From Alphaproteobacteria bacterium (GTDB lineage: Bacteria; Pseudomonadota; Alphaproteobacteria; Rs-D84), in NCBI GenBank assembly GCA_009784275.1, contig WRCA01000004.1, positions 5,748 to 69,747 on the forward strand: DNA of 64,000 bases, in the 5' to 3' direction. Below are positions 29,037 through 38,348 of this stretch, one piece after another. Positions within the stretch are counted from its first letter, which is position 1. Each line of letters starts with the position of its first letter. The translations under genes and the position numbers were made by a program. Below the pieces are notes generated by a model. The model saw only the letters and a program-made list of their open reading frames with translations, did no database searches and was not told the origin of the DNA.

Positions 29037-31523
29037 ATGAAGTACAAAGAAGATAAATCGCTGGACCAAAAATTTGACCATAGAGCCATTGAAAATCGCT
29101 GTGTGGAATTCTGGGGAAAGAGTAACGTTTATAAATATGACCCTTTGCGTTCGCGCGATGAAACTTTTGCAATCGATACTCCGCCGCCGACTATTTCCGG
29201 ACACTTGCACATCGGGCATATCATGTCTTATTCGCAAGCAGATATTCTGGCGCGTTTTCAGCGTATGAGTGGAAAAAATATGTTCTTTCCAATTGGATGG
29301 GATGACAATGGCTTGCCGACCGAGCGGCGCGTTCAAAACTATTTTAATATAAAGTGTGATCCGTCTATTGCTTATGATCCGAATTTCAAGCCAGAACATA
29401 AGGAAAAATTTGAAGAACAACCGCGCCCGATTTCGCGCAAGAATTTCATAGAAGCCTGTCAGATTTTGATAGAGCGGGATGAGAAGGTTTTTGAGAGTAT
29501 CTTTCGCAGAATGGGATTTTCTTATGACTGGGGTTTAAAGTATTCCACGATTTCGCCATTGGCAATTCGTATCGCGCAGGCAACATTTTTGAATCTTTAC
29601 AAAACCGGCAATGTGAAATCTGTTGAGTCCCCGACCATGTGGGACACAGGATTTCAAACTGCGGTTGCCCAAGCGGAAATTGAAGATCGTGAAATTGCTG
29701 GTTTTTTCCATGATGTTCGATTTGCCGTGGATGGCGGCGGAGAATTTATTATTGCGACAACTCGTCCGGAATTTCTGCCGGCTTGTATCGCGATTGTTGC
29801 GCATCCTGATGATGAAAGATATAAAAGTATCTTTGGTAAGCAGGCAATTGTTCCCCTGTTCGGACATAAGGTTCCGATTATGGCGTCCGAGCATGCTAAT
29901 CCAGAAAAAGGCACCGGCATTATGATGGTTTGCACTTTTGGGGATGCCGAGGATGTGAAGTTTTGGAAGGCCAACGGTCTGCCTTTGCGGCAAATTATAG
30001 GCCGAGATGGAAAAATATGTGACATTGGAATTTTTTCCAAGAGTGCGAATTTTGAAAAACTGGTCGGATTACCAGTAAAAGCCGCACGCAAAGCGATTAC
30101 CGAAATGCTGCGCGAATCTGGTGATTTAATTGGTGAACCTCGGCCGCTGATGCATGCGGTGAAGTTTTACGAAAAAGGCGATGTGCCGATCGAGTTCGTC
30201 CCCAGCCGCCAATGGTTTGTTTCTTTGCTGGATAAAAAAGATGCATTACACAAAAACGGCGCGGCGATTCAGTGGACGCCAGAACATATGGGCAAGCGCT
30301 TGGAAAACTGGATAGATGGATTAAACCAGGACTGGGCGATTTCACGCCAGCGCTTTTTTGGCGTGCCGTTTCCGTTGTGGTACAAGCTGAATGGCGCGGG
30401 AGAACCAGATTTTGATAACCCAATTCTGGCGAAGTCTTTGCCATGTGATCCGATGGCGGAATGTCCCGCGGGATATACGGAGTCCCAACGCGGCCAACCG
30501 AATGGATTTATCGGCGATCCGGATGTGATGGATACTTGGGCAACAAGTTCGCTTACACCGAAAATCGCGGAAGCGGTCGCGGGTGTTGATCTTGGGACAT
30601 TTGACGCGCGGCCACAGGCGCATGACATTATAAGAACTTGGGCATTTTATACGATTGCGCAATCGTTTATGAATGATAATCGGTTGCCGTGGAAACAGGC
30701 TTGGATTTCCGGATTCGTGTTGGATCCAGACCGCAAGAAAATGTCGAAGTCCAAGGGTAATGTAGTTGTGCCGGATGAACTGGTTGAAAAATATGGTGCG
30801 GATGCGGTGCGTCTGTGGGCGGCATCAAGCAAGCTGGGGATGGATGGCACTGCGGATGAGAAGATCATAGAGGCAAAACGCAAGCTGGTAATGAAATTCT
30901 TCAATGCGAGCAAGTTTGTGTTCGGATTCCCATTAAGCGAACTTTTGAAACTTTCCAAGGAGGAGCAGGAATCCAAAATAACATCGATGGTTGATAAATC
31001 ATATTTTGCAAAGCTTTGCGCGATGGATTTGGAGTACAAAAAATACTTCGTGCAGAATGATTATACCGGTGCGTTGATTGCTGCCGAGCAAGCTTTCTGG
31101 GACTTCTGCGATAACTATTTGGAGATTGCGAAGGGTCGCGCATATGTCGGCGATGAATCTGCGTTGGCGAATTTGCTTTGCGCAATCATAACATTCTGCA
31201 AACTGTTTGCCCCGTTTATGCCGTTTATAACAGAAGAAATTTGGCAGGCTATTTTCGGTGGCTCTATCCACAATAAAATTCTATTGGAAATAAAAATAGA
31301 TTCAGACGCAGGTGGATATGAAAAGCTTTGCGATCTGGTGTCCATTGTTCGTGGGGAAAAGACCAAGAATAGCTTCTCTATGAAAAAGCCGATTGCGAAA
31401 TTAACGGTTGCCGATACTGAATTTTTCCATGCTGCTGAAACCGACATCAAAAATGTTCTGAATGTTGAAACTCTGGAATTTTCCGGCGACGAATTAGTCG
31501 GAGAGCTGGTTTGGGGTGAATAA
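29037..31523 (+). CDS. valS: Valyl-tRNA synthetase, archaeal/actinobacterial-type (828 aa)
   Basis: Class I HIGH motif (HLHIGH). GWDDNGLPTERRVQNYF segment. KMSKS motif. The length matches the short archaeal-type ValRS known in Rickettsia. Confidence 0.65.
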   Translation: MKYKEDKSLDQKFDHRAIENRCVEFWGKSNVYKYDPLRSRDETFAIDTPPPTISGHLHIGHIMSYSQADILARFQRMSGKNMFFPIGWDDNGLPTERRVQNYFNIKCDPSIAYDPNFKPEHKEKFEEQPRPISRKNFIEACQILIERDEKVFESIFRRMGFSYDWGLKYSTISPLAIRIAQATFLNLYKTGNVKSVESPTMWDTGFQTAVAQAEIEDREIAGFFHDVRFAVDGGGEFIIATTRPEFLPACIAIVAHPDDERYKSIFGKQAIVPLFGHKVPIMASEHANPEKGTGIMMVCTFGDAEDVKFWKANGLPLRQIIGRDGKICDIGIFSKSANFEKLVGLPVKAARKAITEMLRESGDLIGEPRPLMHAVKFYEKGDVPIEFVPSRQWFVSLLDKKDALHKNGAAIQWTPEHMGKRLENWIDGLNQDWAISRQRFFGVPFPLWYKLNGAGEPDFDNPILAKSLPCDPMAECPAGYTESQRGQPNGFIGDPDVMDTWATSSLTPKIAEAVAGVDLGTFDARPQAHDIIRTWAFYTIAQSFMNDNRLPWKQAWISGFVLDPDRKKMSKSKGNVVVPDELVEKYGADAVRLWAASSKLGMDGTADEKIIEAKRKLVMKFFNASKFVFGFPLSELLKLSKEEQESKITSMVDKSYFAKLCAMDLEYKKYFVQNDYTGALIAAEQAFWDFCDNYLEIAKGRAYVGDESALANLLCAIITFCKLFAPFMPFITEEIWQAIFGGSIHNKILLEIKIDSDAGGYEKLCDLVSIVRGEKTKNSFSMKKPIAKLTVADTEFFHAAETDIKNVLNVETLEFSGDELVGELVWGE

Positions 31524-31616
31524 TTCCAACATAAATATGGGATCGAAATCAACAAGACACAATCGGAAAAAATTGATATAATAATGAAAGTTGTCCAAGG
31601 AAAAAAGGAGATGAAA

Positions 31617-31751
31617 TGTCTAGTAATAAAAAAGCCGAAATTGGTAATAAATTGACCGGTATAAAATTCGGAAAGACAGGAGTAGAAGCAAAGAGAGAAA
31701 GAGACATGAAATTCAAGAGAGATAATAACAGAAGATTATACAGCAAATAAG
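31617..31751 (+). CDS. Possible small basic protein (44 aa, MSSNKKAEIGNK...RRLYSK)
   Basis: ATG preceded by AAGGAG at a 5-nt spacing. Lys/Arg-rich. Fills the gap between valS and the thioesterase gene. Absent from the ORF track (under 60 aa). Confidence 0.3.
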
Positions 31752-31752
31752 T

Positions 31753-32472
31753 ATGCAAAAGTATTATGAAAAGAAAATCTTAAAAACATACCAATGTGAT
31801 CGGCATGGTTTTATTCGGCCGGTTATGCTAATGAACGAGCTTCAGTCAATTGCCGACACTCACGCAGAAATTCTAGGATGGGGGCGAACCTTTTGCCTAG
31901 CGAATAATGTTGCTTGGGTTGTTACGCACTATTTAGTGGAAATTGATGAATTGCCGCGTGATAGTGAAGAGCTTGAATTTATAACCTGGCCATCGCGTCA
32001 TGATTCCCTAAAGGCTGCGCGTGATTTTGAAATTCGTGGCAATGACGGACGCGTCATAGTTCGCGCTACGTCACAGTGGGTAATGATCGATTTGGAAACC
32101 CGCCGTCCGATGCGTTTGTCCGAGCTGCCATCGGGTTGGGCCGTGATAGAAGAGCGCGCATTGGACTTACCCTTTGAAAAATTCCCGGATTTTGAAACTG
32201 AAACCTGCGCGGAGTTTCAAACACGCTATGACGACGTTGATGTGAACCAACATGTGAATAATGCGGTTTATGCATCTTGGGCGACAGAAAGCGTAGGCTT
32301 TGATTTCCGCGATTCGCATGCATTGCGCAAAATTTTCCTGAACTTTAAAAAAGAAATTCCAGCGGGGACAGATTCGGTCACTGTATGCACTGCGTTTGAA
32401 GGAAATGTTACGCGCCATAAAATCCTGACCCTTGACACCGAAAACGCGAATGTTGTTTGCGAATGGAAATAA
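31753..32472 (+). CDS. Acyl-ACP thioesterase family protein
   Basis: Hotdog-fold acyl-ACP thioesterase pattern (WVVTHY, NQHVNN). Confidence 0.6.
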   Translation: MQKYYEKKILKTYQCDRHGFIRPVMLMNELQSIADTHAEILGWGRTFCLANNVAWVVTHYLVEIDELPRDSEELEFITWPSRHDSLKAARDFEIRGNDGRVIVRATSQWVMIDLETRRPMRLSELPSGWAVIEERALDLPFEKFPDFETETCAEFQTRYDDVDVNQHVNNAVYASWATESVGFDFRDSHALRKIFLNFKKEIPAGTDSVTVCTAFEGNVTRHKILTLDTENANVVCEWK

Positions 32473-32485
32473 AATTCAAAAATAA

Positions 32486-32512
32486 AAAATCCCCGTAAAA
32501 ACGGGGAGTAAA
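32486..32512. terminator. Bidirectional rho-independent terminator (ccccgtaaaaacgggg flanked by A/T runs)
   Basis: Lies between the convergent thioesterase gene and rpmH. Confidence 0.65.
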
Positions 32513-32533
32513 AACTATAAGTCAACGGTGGCT

Positions 32534-32686
32534 TCACCGCGCGGCGGATACTGCGACCCGTTTGCGTCCCTTTGCGCGGCGACGGTTCAGGACATCGCGT
32601 CCGCTTTTGGTTTCCATCTTTTCGCGAAATCCGTGGGTTTTCACGCGGCGTTCGTTTGATGGTTGATAAGTTCTCTTCGTTGCCAT
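32534..32686 (-). CDS. rpmH: 50S ribosomal protein L34
   Basis: Translation [50 protein letters not shown] matches the L34 consensus. Not in the ORF track (50 aa). Confidence 0.85.
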   Translation of the reverse strand: MATKRTYQPSNERRVKTHGFREKMETKSGRDVLNRRRAKGRKRVAVSAAR

Positions 32687-32829
32687 AATTTTAAATCCTT
32701 ATTTTCATTACTTGTCATTCCGTGGAGCGCGAAATCGTGCCGCAGGCACAGTATGAGCGCGAGCACGGAAAAAATCCTTGTTTGCCCCGGGATTTAATCA
32801 CACTTTTTATTAAAAAGCAAGATAGTTGG

Positions 32830-33183
32830 TTAATTTTTTTCCGCAAGCCTTGATTCCAGATTTTTATAATCAATGACTTTTTTCATCATGTCTATGAAAT
32901 CCAGACTTTTGTCATAGCTTTTGGCCATTTTTGCATCGACACAGACATTGTTTGCGATGTTTTTATTTTGCCGAAGAATTTTACCGGCGCGCTTCCGGTG
33001 ATAGGATTCGATTTTTTTGAAATAGCTGATGTCGGTATTTCCCACAGATTCCAGGGTTATTCCAAATTCAGGCCCTTCTCTGGAGATAACTTCAAAAAGG
33101 TATTTTTTCAAGAAATCAGGGTCATCGTACAATATTGATTGCAGTGCGTGTCCTTCAACAAACATAAATGTCATTTTATCCAT
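32830..33183 (-). CDS. Hypothetical protein (117 aa)
   Basis: ORF. No family recognised. Confidence 0.4.
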   Translation of the reverse strand: MDKMTFMFVEGHALQSILYDDPDFLKKYLFEVISREGPEFGITLESVGNTDISYFKKIESYHRKRAGKILRQNKNIANNVCVDAKMAKSYDKSLDFIDMMKKVIDYKNLESRLAEKN

Positions 33184-33188
33184 TCTTT

Positions 33189-33320
33189 TTACTTCTTTTC
33201 ATTGATAAGTCCGGAAAATCCGGCCCATTTAAGGAACCGGTCGACAAGGCAAAATACAAAGAGGAACGAAATTATCCACATTACACTCGCCGCGGCGGAA
33301 ACTGCTATTGCATTGCACAT
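33189..33320 (-). CDS. Possible small membrane peptide (43 aa), coupled to the 117-aa ORF
   Basis: Translation MCNAIAVSAAASVMWIISFLFVFCLVDRFLKWAGFSGLINEKK. Stops 5 nt upstream of the 33183 start. Confidence 0.2.
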   Translation of the reverse strand: MCNAIAVSAAASVMWIISFLFVFCLVDRFLKWAGFSGLINEKK

Positions 33321-33440
33321 GCTAAAACCTTTTATTGTTGTCGTAAATATAGCACATTAATATTATTTGTCAAGCATGTTTAATGCTGTAAGTTCGTAAA
33401 AATAGGGGGTAAGAAAACTATAAATTCGCGCCTTTATTTC

Positions 33441-33475
33441 TTGACTGAAAGTGCTGGTTTTGCTATATTTCAGGC
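33441..33475 (+). promoter_or_regulatory. Sigma-70-like promoter TTGACT-N17-TATATT upstream of gyrA
   Basis: Seen in the sequence. A near-palindrome gcgcgattcgtatagaatcacgcgc lies at 33556-33582, in the gyrA leader. Confidence 0.4.
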
Positions 33476-33610
33476 GCTAAAAAATAAGGAAACCGAGCGT
33501 ATAAATATTAGGTTTTTTGCGGTGCAAGCAAAAAACCGTAATGTGCGTCGTGAGGTTGCGCGATTCGTATAGAATCACGCGCGAATATACGCAGAAGGAG
33601 CGAATATTTT

Positions 33611-36307
33611 ATGTCTGAAACCCCCACGAATACCAATGAAATCAAGATTTTGCAAAGCCCCCTGGAAGTAGAGATGCGCAGCAGCTTTTTGGACTATGCT
33701 ATGTCCGTTATTGTCGACCGCGCTTTGCCGGATGTTCGCGACGGGTGCAAGCCTGTGCATCGTCGTATTTTATACGTTATGAATGACGTCGCGCCGTCTA
33801 CTCGGTCTACTGTGAAATCCGCCCGTATTGTTGGCGAAGTTATGGGTAAGTATCACCCCCATGGCGACAGCAGTATTTATGAAGCCATGGTTCGCCTGGG
33901 TCAGGATTTTTCCATGGGGGCTTGCTTGGTTCAGGGTCAGGGTAACTTTGGCTCTATGGATGGGGACAAAGCGGCCGCCATGCGCTATACCGAAGCACGC
34001 TTGTCAAAGCTGGGTGCATCACTGATGGACGATATGGATAAGGATACTATCGATTGGATGCCGAACTTTGACGGCAGCCTGCAGGAACCACAGGTTCTGC
34101 CCGCTAAATTCCCGAATTTTCTGGTGAACGGGGGCAGCGGAATCGCGGTCGGAATGGCGACAAATGTGCCGACTTATAATTTGGGAGAGGTTTGTAACGG
34201 TGTTCTGGCAGTATTGGACAATAGCGAAATTTCGGAAGAAGCGCTGTTTGGTATTATTCCTGGTCCAGATTTTCCAACTGGTGGAATTATGATGGGTCGC
34301 AGCGGCGCTTATAAAGCGCATACCACAGGTCGCGGCAGTGTTATTGTTCGTGCAAAGACTCATTTCGAAGAATTAAAAGACCGTCAGGCGATTATTGTTG
34401 ATGAAATTCCTTATCAGGTTAACAAGGCATCATTGATTATAAAAATCGCAGAACTAGCAAAAGAAAAACGCGTCGAAGGGATCAGCGAAATTCGCGATGA
34501 AACCAGCAAGGAAGGTGTGCGTATAGTTATAGAGCTAAAACGCGATGCAATTGCGGATGTTGTTCTCAATCAGTTATTCCAATACACGGAATTACAAAAT
34601 AGTTTTCCTGTGAATATGATGGCGCTGAACTTGGGCCGTCCGCTATTGTTTAATGTTCGCAAAGTCTTGGATGCCTTTATCGATTTCAGAATAGAAGTTA
34701 TTCGCCGCCGCACTATCTTTGAATTAAATAAAGCGCGGAATCAGGCGCATACTTTATTGGGATTATCTGTTGCGGTTGGAAATCTGGATGAAGTTATCGA
34801 ACTTATCAAAACATCGGAAAATCCAGAGGCAGCGCGTGAAGCACTGATGGCGCGCGGATGGAAAGCGTCCGACATAGAATCTTATATTAAATTAATCGAT
34901 GACCCGAATACAGAATATGAAAACGGAATGTTTCATATGTCTGAAGAACAAGCGAAAGCAATTCTGGAATTGCGCCTTCATCGCTTGACGGGATTGGAAC
35001 GTGAAAAAATCCATGCGGACCTGGTGGAATTGGGTGCAGTCATAAAAGGTTTATTGGAAATCTTGGGCAGCCATGAAAAGATTATCGAAATTATTCGCAC
35101 CGAGACAACCGCGGTACGCGATAGCTGGTCTGTACCACGTCGCACAATTATCTCTGACGCCGAAGTTGATATTGATATGGAAGATTTAATCGCGCGCGAA
35201 GATATGGTGGTAACAGTTTCTAATACCGGATATATCAAACGCGTTGCGCTGGATACTTATCGCGCGCAGAAGCGCGGAGGAAAAGGGCGTAATGCAATGA
35301 CGACCAAGGAAGACGATTATGTATCGCAATTGTTCGTCGCAAATACGCACACTCCGCTGATGTTCTTTAGTAGTAAAGGAATGTGTTATCGGTTAAAGAC
35401 TTATAAACTGCCAGAAGCAGCAGCAAACGCAAAAGGCCGCCCGTTGGTGAACTTGCTGCCGTTGTCAGCGGGTGAAACGATAACCGCAATCTTGCCGGTG
35501 CCGGAAAATCAAGAAAATACTCATATGATGTTTGCGACCAGCATGGGCACTATGCGCCGCAATTCGTTTGAAGATTTTGAATCTATTCGCGCGAATGGAA
35601 AAATTGCAATGAAGTTGGACGAAGGAGAATCCTTGGTCAGCGTGATGCTATGCAACGATTCGCAAGATGTGTTCTTGTCTACATACCGCGGTCGTTGCAT
35701 ACGATTCCCTGTTAATGAAATTCGAGTATTTGCTTCGCGCAATTCCACCGGCGTTCGCGCGATTAAATTGGCAAAGGACGATAATATTATCGGTATGGCA
35801 ATGCTTAATCATTCAGATGCTGATGCGGAAACACGCGCGGCCTATATAAAACAAAGTCGTGCTGCGCGTCGCGCAGCGGGCGCGGAAGAAGATGCAGGTG
35901 ATGAAGAAGAAACAACAAGTGTTGTTCTGGGTGAATCGACCATGGCCGATATGGCGCGCGACGAACAGTTTATCCTGACCATCAGCGAAAATGGTTTTGG
36001 TAAGCGCACGAGCTCTTATGAGTATCGTTTGACTCATCGCGGCGGCAGTGGCATCACGGCGATAAAACTGGGTGGGAAAAATACGGCCGTAGCAGGAAGC
36101 TTTCCGATTGATAGCGACCACGATATTATGATGGTGACGGATGGCGGAAAAATTATCAGAACTCCGGCTGACGCGGTACGTATCGCTGGTCGTTCTACAG
36201 CCGGTGTGACGCTGTTTAAAACCGCCGCAGGCGAACGCGTCATCAGCGCAACCGCGATTGAAAAGGAAGAGGGAGAGGAAGGAGAAAATGTCCAAATACC
36301 TGAATAA
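33611..36307 (+). CDS. gyrA: DNA gyrase subunit A
   Basis: Catalytic-Tyr region AAMRYTEARL. QRDR HPHGDSSIY. C-terminal beta-pinwheel repeats. Confidence 0.95.
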   Translation: MSETPTNTNEIKILQSPLEVEMRSSFLDYAMSVIVDRALPDVRDGCKPVHRRILYVMNDVAPSTRSTVKSARIVGEVMGKYHPHGDSSIYEAMVRLGQDFSMGACLVQGQGNFGSMDGDKAAAMRYTEARLSKLGASLMDDMDKDTIDWMPNFDGSLQEPQVLPAKFPNFLVNGGSGIAVGMATNVPTYNLGEVCNGVLAVLDNSEISEEALFGIIPGPDFPTGGIMMGRSGAYKAHTTGRGSVIVRAKTHFEELKDRQAIIVDEIPYQVNKASLIIKIAELAKEKRVEGISEIRDETSKEGVRIVIELKRDAIADVVLNQLFQYTELQNSFPVNMMALNLGRPLLFNVRKVLDAFIDFRIEVIRRRTIFELNKARNQAHTLLGLSVAVGNLDEVIELIKTSENPEAAREALMARGWKASDIESYIKLIDDPNTEYENGMFHMSEEQAKAILELRLHRLTGLEREKIHADLVELGAVIKGLLEILGSHEKIIEIIRTETTAVRDSWSVPRRTIISDAEVDIDMEDLIAREDMVVTVSNTGYIKRVALDTYRAQKRGGKGRNAMTTKEDDYVSQLFVANTHTPLMFFSSKGMCYRLKTYKLPEAAANAKGRPLVNLLPLSAGETITAILPVPENQENTHMMFATSMGTMRRNSFEDFESIRANGKIAMKLDEGESLVSVMLCNDSQDVFLSTYRGRCIRFPVNEIRVFASRNSTGVRAIKLAKDDNIIGMAMLNHSDADAETRAAYIKQSRAARRAAGAEEDAGDEEETTSVVLGESTMADMARDEQFILTISENGFGKRTSSYEYRLTHRGGSGITAIKLGGKNTAVAGSFPIDSDHDIMMVTDGGKIIRTPADAVRIAGRSTAGVTLFKTAAGERVISATAIEKEEGEEGENVQIPE

Positions 36308-36436
36308 AATTATCGTAATTGCTTTATGTGCTTTTGTCGTCGGATGCTCTACCGGCGTAGGTGTTGGGGTATCAAGCGGCGGCCGCACGAACGTTTCAGT
36401 TGGAACCGGGATAAGGCTATAGGAGAGGTAAATTTT

Positions 36437-36796
36437 ATGAATGAACCATTTATTTCTATTAACGAGCTATCAAAGCGCCTTGACATTCCGGCGTATACTC
36501 TGCGGTATTGGGAAAAGCAATTTCCGACCGCGATAAAGCCCACAACTGGTGCGGGTGGACGGCGTTATTATCGCCCGGAAACCATTGCTGCGCTGGAGGC
36601 CATAAAAACATTGCTTTATGATCGTGGGATGACTATTGCTGGTGTGAAGAAATTAATAAAAGATGGAAAGCTGGCGGACCTTGATATAAAACCAGTAGTC
36701 GCAAGCGGTAAAAAAAATGAGAACCCTGCGCATAAATCTGCAGGTATTAAAAAAGCAATCGATCTGCTGGAACTTGCCAAGGCAGAACTGGTATAA
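36437..36796 (+). CDS. MerR-family transcriptional regulator
   Basis: MerR-type HTH signature ISINELSKRLDIPAYTLRYWEKQF. ATG at 36437 with an AGGAGAGG RBS. Confidence 0.7.
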   Translation: MNEPFISINELSKRLDIPAYTLRYWEKQFPTAIKPTTGAGGRRYYRPETIAALEAIKTLLYDRGMTIAGVKKLIKDGKLADLDIKPVVASGKKNENPAHKSAGIKKAIDLLELAKAELV

Positions 36797-36826
36797 AAAA
36801 CGCCCCAATGGGGCGTTTTTTATTTC
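36797..36826. terminator. Bidirectional terminator aaaaaacgccccaatggggcgtttttt
   Basis: Perfect hairpin with flanking A and T runs. Confidence 0.7.
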
Positions 36827-37200
36827 TTTTTAGTTTTTGTTTCTTTTCCTATAAGTTTTTTCAGTTCTTTTTTAGCTTCTTCATGCTTTTCCAGCGCGCG
36901 TTTTTGAACTAATTTCAGCAATTTTGGATTTTTCATTGTTGGAACATTTTCCAAAGTCCACTTTATCCTGTCCAGCGTCGTATATGAAACGAAATCATTG
37001 TTTACGATTTCCGTTAAAACTTCGAAATCCAAACTATAGGATAGATACCGAAGGTCTTGTCTGTTTTCAGTCTGTTTGACATGATCGATAATTTCTTCGG
37101 GAGATTGTTTTTTGAAGAACTTGCTCATCTGTGGCCCAGAAAACAAAGTGGGCACAACTAATGGTTTAGGTTTTTTGAGTGTTTTTTGCGAGACTGCCAT
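36820..37200 (-). CDS. Hypothetical Lys-rich protein (126 aa)
   Basis: ORF. Highly basic termini. Confidence 0.35.
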   Translation of the reverse strand: MAVSQKTLKKPKPLVVPTLFSGPQMSKFFKKQSPEEIIDHVKQTENRQDLRYLSYSLDFEVLTEIVNNDFVSYTTLDRIKWTLENVPTMKNPKLLKLVQKRALEKHEEAKKELKKLIGKETKTKKK

Positions 37201-37319
37201 AATTTCCTCATTTTTTGTTTTCTCTCTCGCCGTGGGTTTAATATAGCATATGTAGAAAGTTTGTCAAAGAAAAAACCGCCTGTTGGCGGCAAGTTGTTAA
37301 TAAGGAAATTATTTGTCTT

Positions 37320-37394
37320 TGGCACTCCCAACGGGAATCGAACCCGTGTTTCCAGAATGAGAATCTGGCGTCCTAACCGCTAGACTATGGGAGC
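37320..37394 (-). tRNA. tRNA-Glu (anticodon CUC), CCA encoded
   Basis: Cloverleaf traced by hand. Acceptor GCUCCCA/UGGGAGU. Short D-loop. Anticodon loop UUCUCAU. T-loop GGUUCGAUUCC. Confidence 0.75.
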
Positions 37395-37403
37395 AATAAA
37401 AAT

Positions 37404-37537
37404 ATTCTCGAACCCGTGTTTCGCTTGGCTTTGCCTGCGCGTATCCTCCTAGTTATTCGAACTTCGCTACGCTCGTTCTCATATACTCGGATTCCAGAAT
37501 GAGAATCGCCGCAATCTAACCGCTAGACTATGGGAGC
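37404..37537 (-). pseudogene. Degenerate partial duplicate of tRNA-Glu. Shares the 5' leader, acceptor/D-arm, anticodon loop and T-stem start, but has a disrupted anticodon stem, a ~70-nt insertion and no 3' acceptor strand.
   Basis: Copy: ATTTTTATTGCTCCCATAGTCTAGCGGTTAG...ATTCTCATTCTGGAA...ACACGGGTTCGA. Directly upstream (on the minus strand) of the intact tRNA-Glu. Confidence 0.6.
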
Positions 37538-37549
37538 AATAAAAATTAT

Positions 37550-37623
37550 TGGTTGGGGCGCACGGATTCGAACCGCGATAAAGAGAACCAAAATCTCTTG
37601 TCCTACCGTTAGACGACACCCCA
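37550..37623 (-). tRNA. tRNA-Gln (anticodon UUG), CCA encoded
   Basis: U1-A72 acceptor UGGGGUG/CGCCCCA. Anticodon loop UUUUGGU. T-arm CGCGGUUCGAAUCCGUG. Confidence 0.8.
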
Positions 37624-37677
37624 GAAAGCCTTGGGATTATAGCTGAAACCTTTTATAAATCAAATAAAATTTGACAA

Positions 37678-38250
37678 TTATCTGCTGTAGCTAGCAAATG
37701 GGAGGGTCGGATTAAACGCATAAACAAGAGGACCATGGAGTTTAACATATTCCTCGTCTTCCTTTTTCCGCTCTTCTTTTAATATTTTAGAATTTTCATT
37801 GAATAAGTTAATAATTTGTGATTTGGAATACCTGATTCCTTTGAATATCTCGGCAGATTGAAGCAATGCAGGAGCAACATCATCGCTGGCCACTTTGCCA
37901 TTAAGCTTTTCCAAGTCAGAAATCAGGACTTGCAATGTTGCGGCTTCATCAAAAATCCCTTCGGTAATAAGGCGCATTCCGGATGTTCCGCCGTTCTCGC
38001 TGATGTCATAAACTACATTTTTGAAATTATTGGTAGCATTTATGGCCGCCTGGCATGCCAAGTTGCGATTGTATAAAATTACCTTGGAGGTTGCCTCATC
38101 GATTTTTTTAGAACCAACGGCGAGCATTCGCTGCATACCCTTCATACCGGCATACATCCCAGCTTCGTCATTTGACCAAAATGTTTTAACTTTGCGAATT
38201 AATTTAATATCAGAAAACCATCTGCCGGTTTTGTATCTTAAAATAGCCAT
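37678..38250 (-). CDS. Hypothetical protein (190 aa)
   Basis: ORF. No family recognised. Confidence 0.4.
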   Translation of the reverse strand: MAILRYKTGRWFSDIKLIRKVKTFWSNDEAGMYAGMKGMQRMLAVGSKKIDEATSKVILYNRNLACQAAINATNNFKNVVYDISENGGTSGMRLITEGIFDEAATLQVLISDLEKLNGKVASDDVAPALLQSAEIFKGIRYSKSQIINLFNENSKILKEERKKEDEEYVKLHGPLVYAFNPTLPFASYSR

Positions 38251-38348
38251 GAGCCAACCCTTTTATAACAGTGTCAAGGCACACAGCATAACAGATATCT
38301 GTCGTTTGTCAATTTCGAAAATCGGGAAGTAAAAGACTATAAGTCAGC

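Noticed and set aside
29535-30091. Several 100-150 aa minus-strand ORFs inside valS
   Set aside because: Antisense or overlapping frames within a strongly supported aaRS gene.
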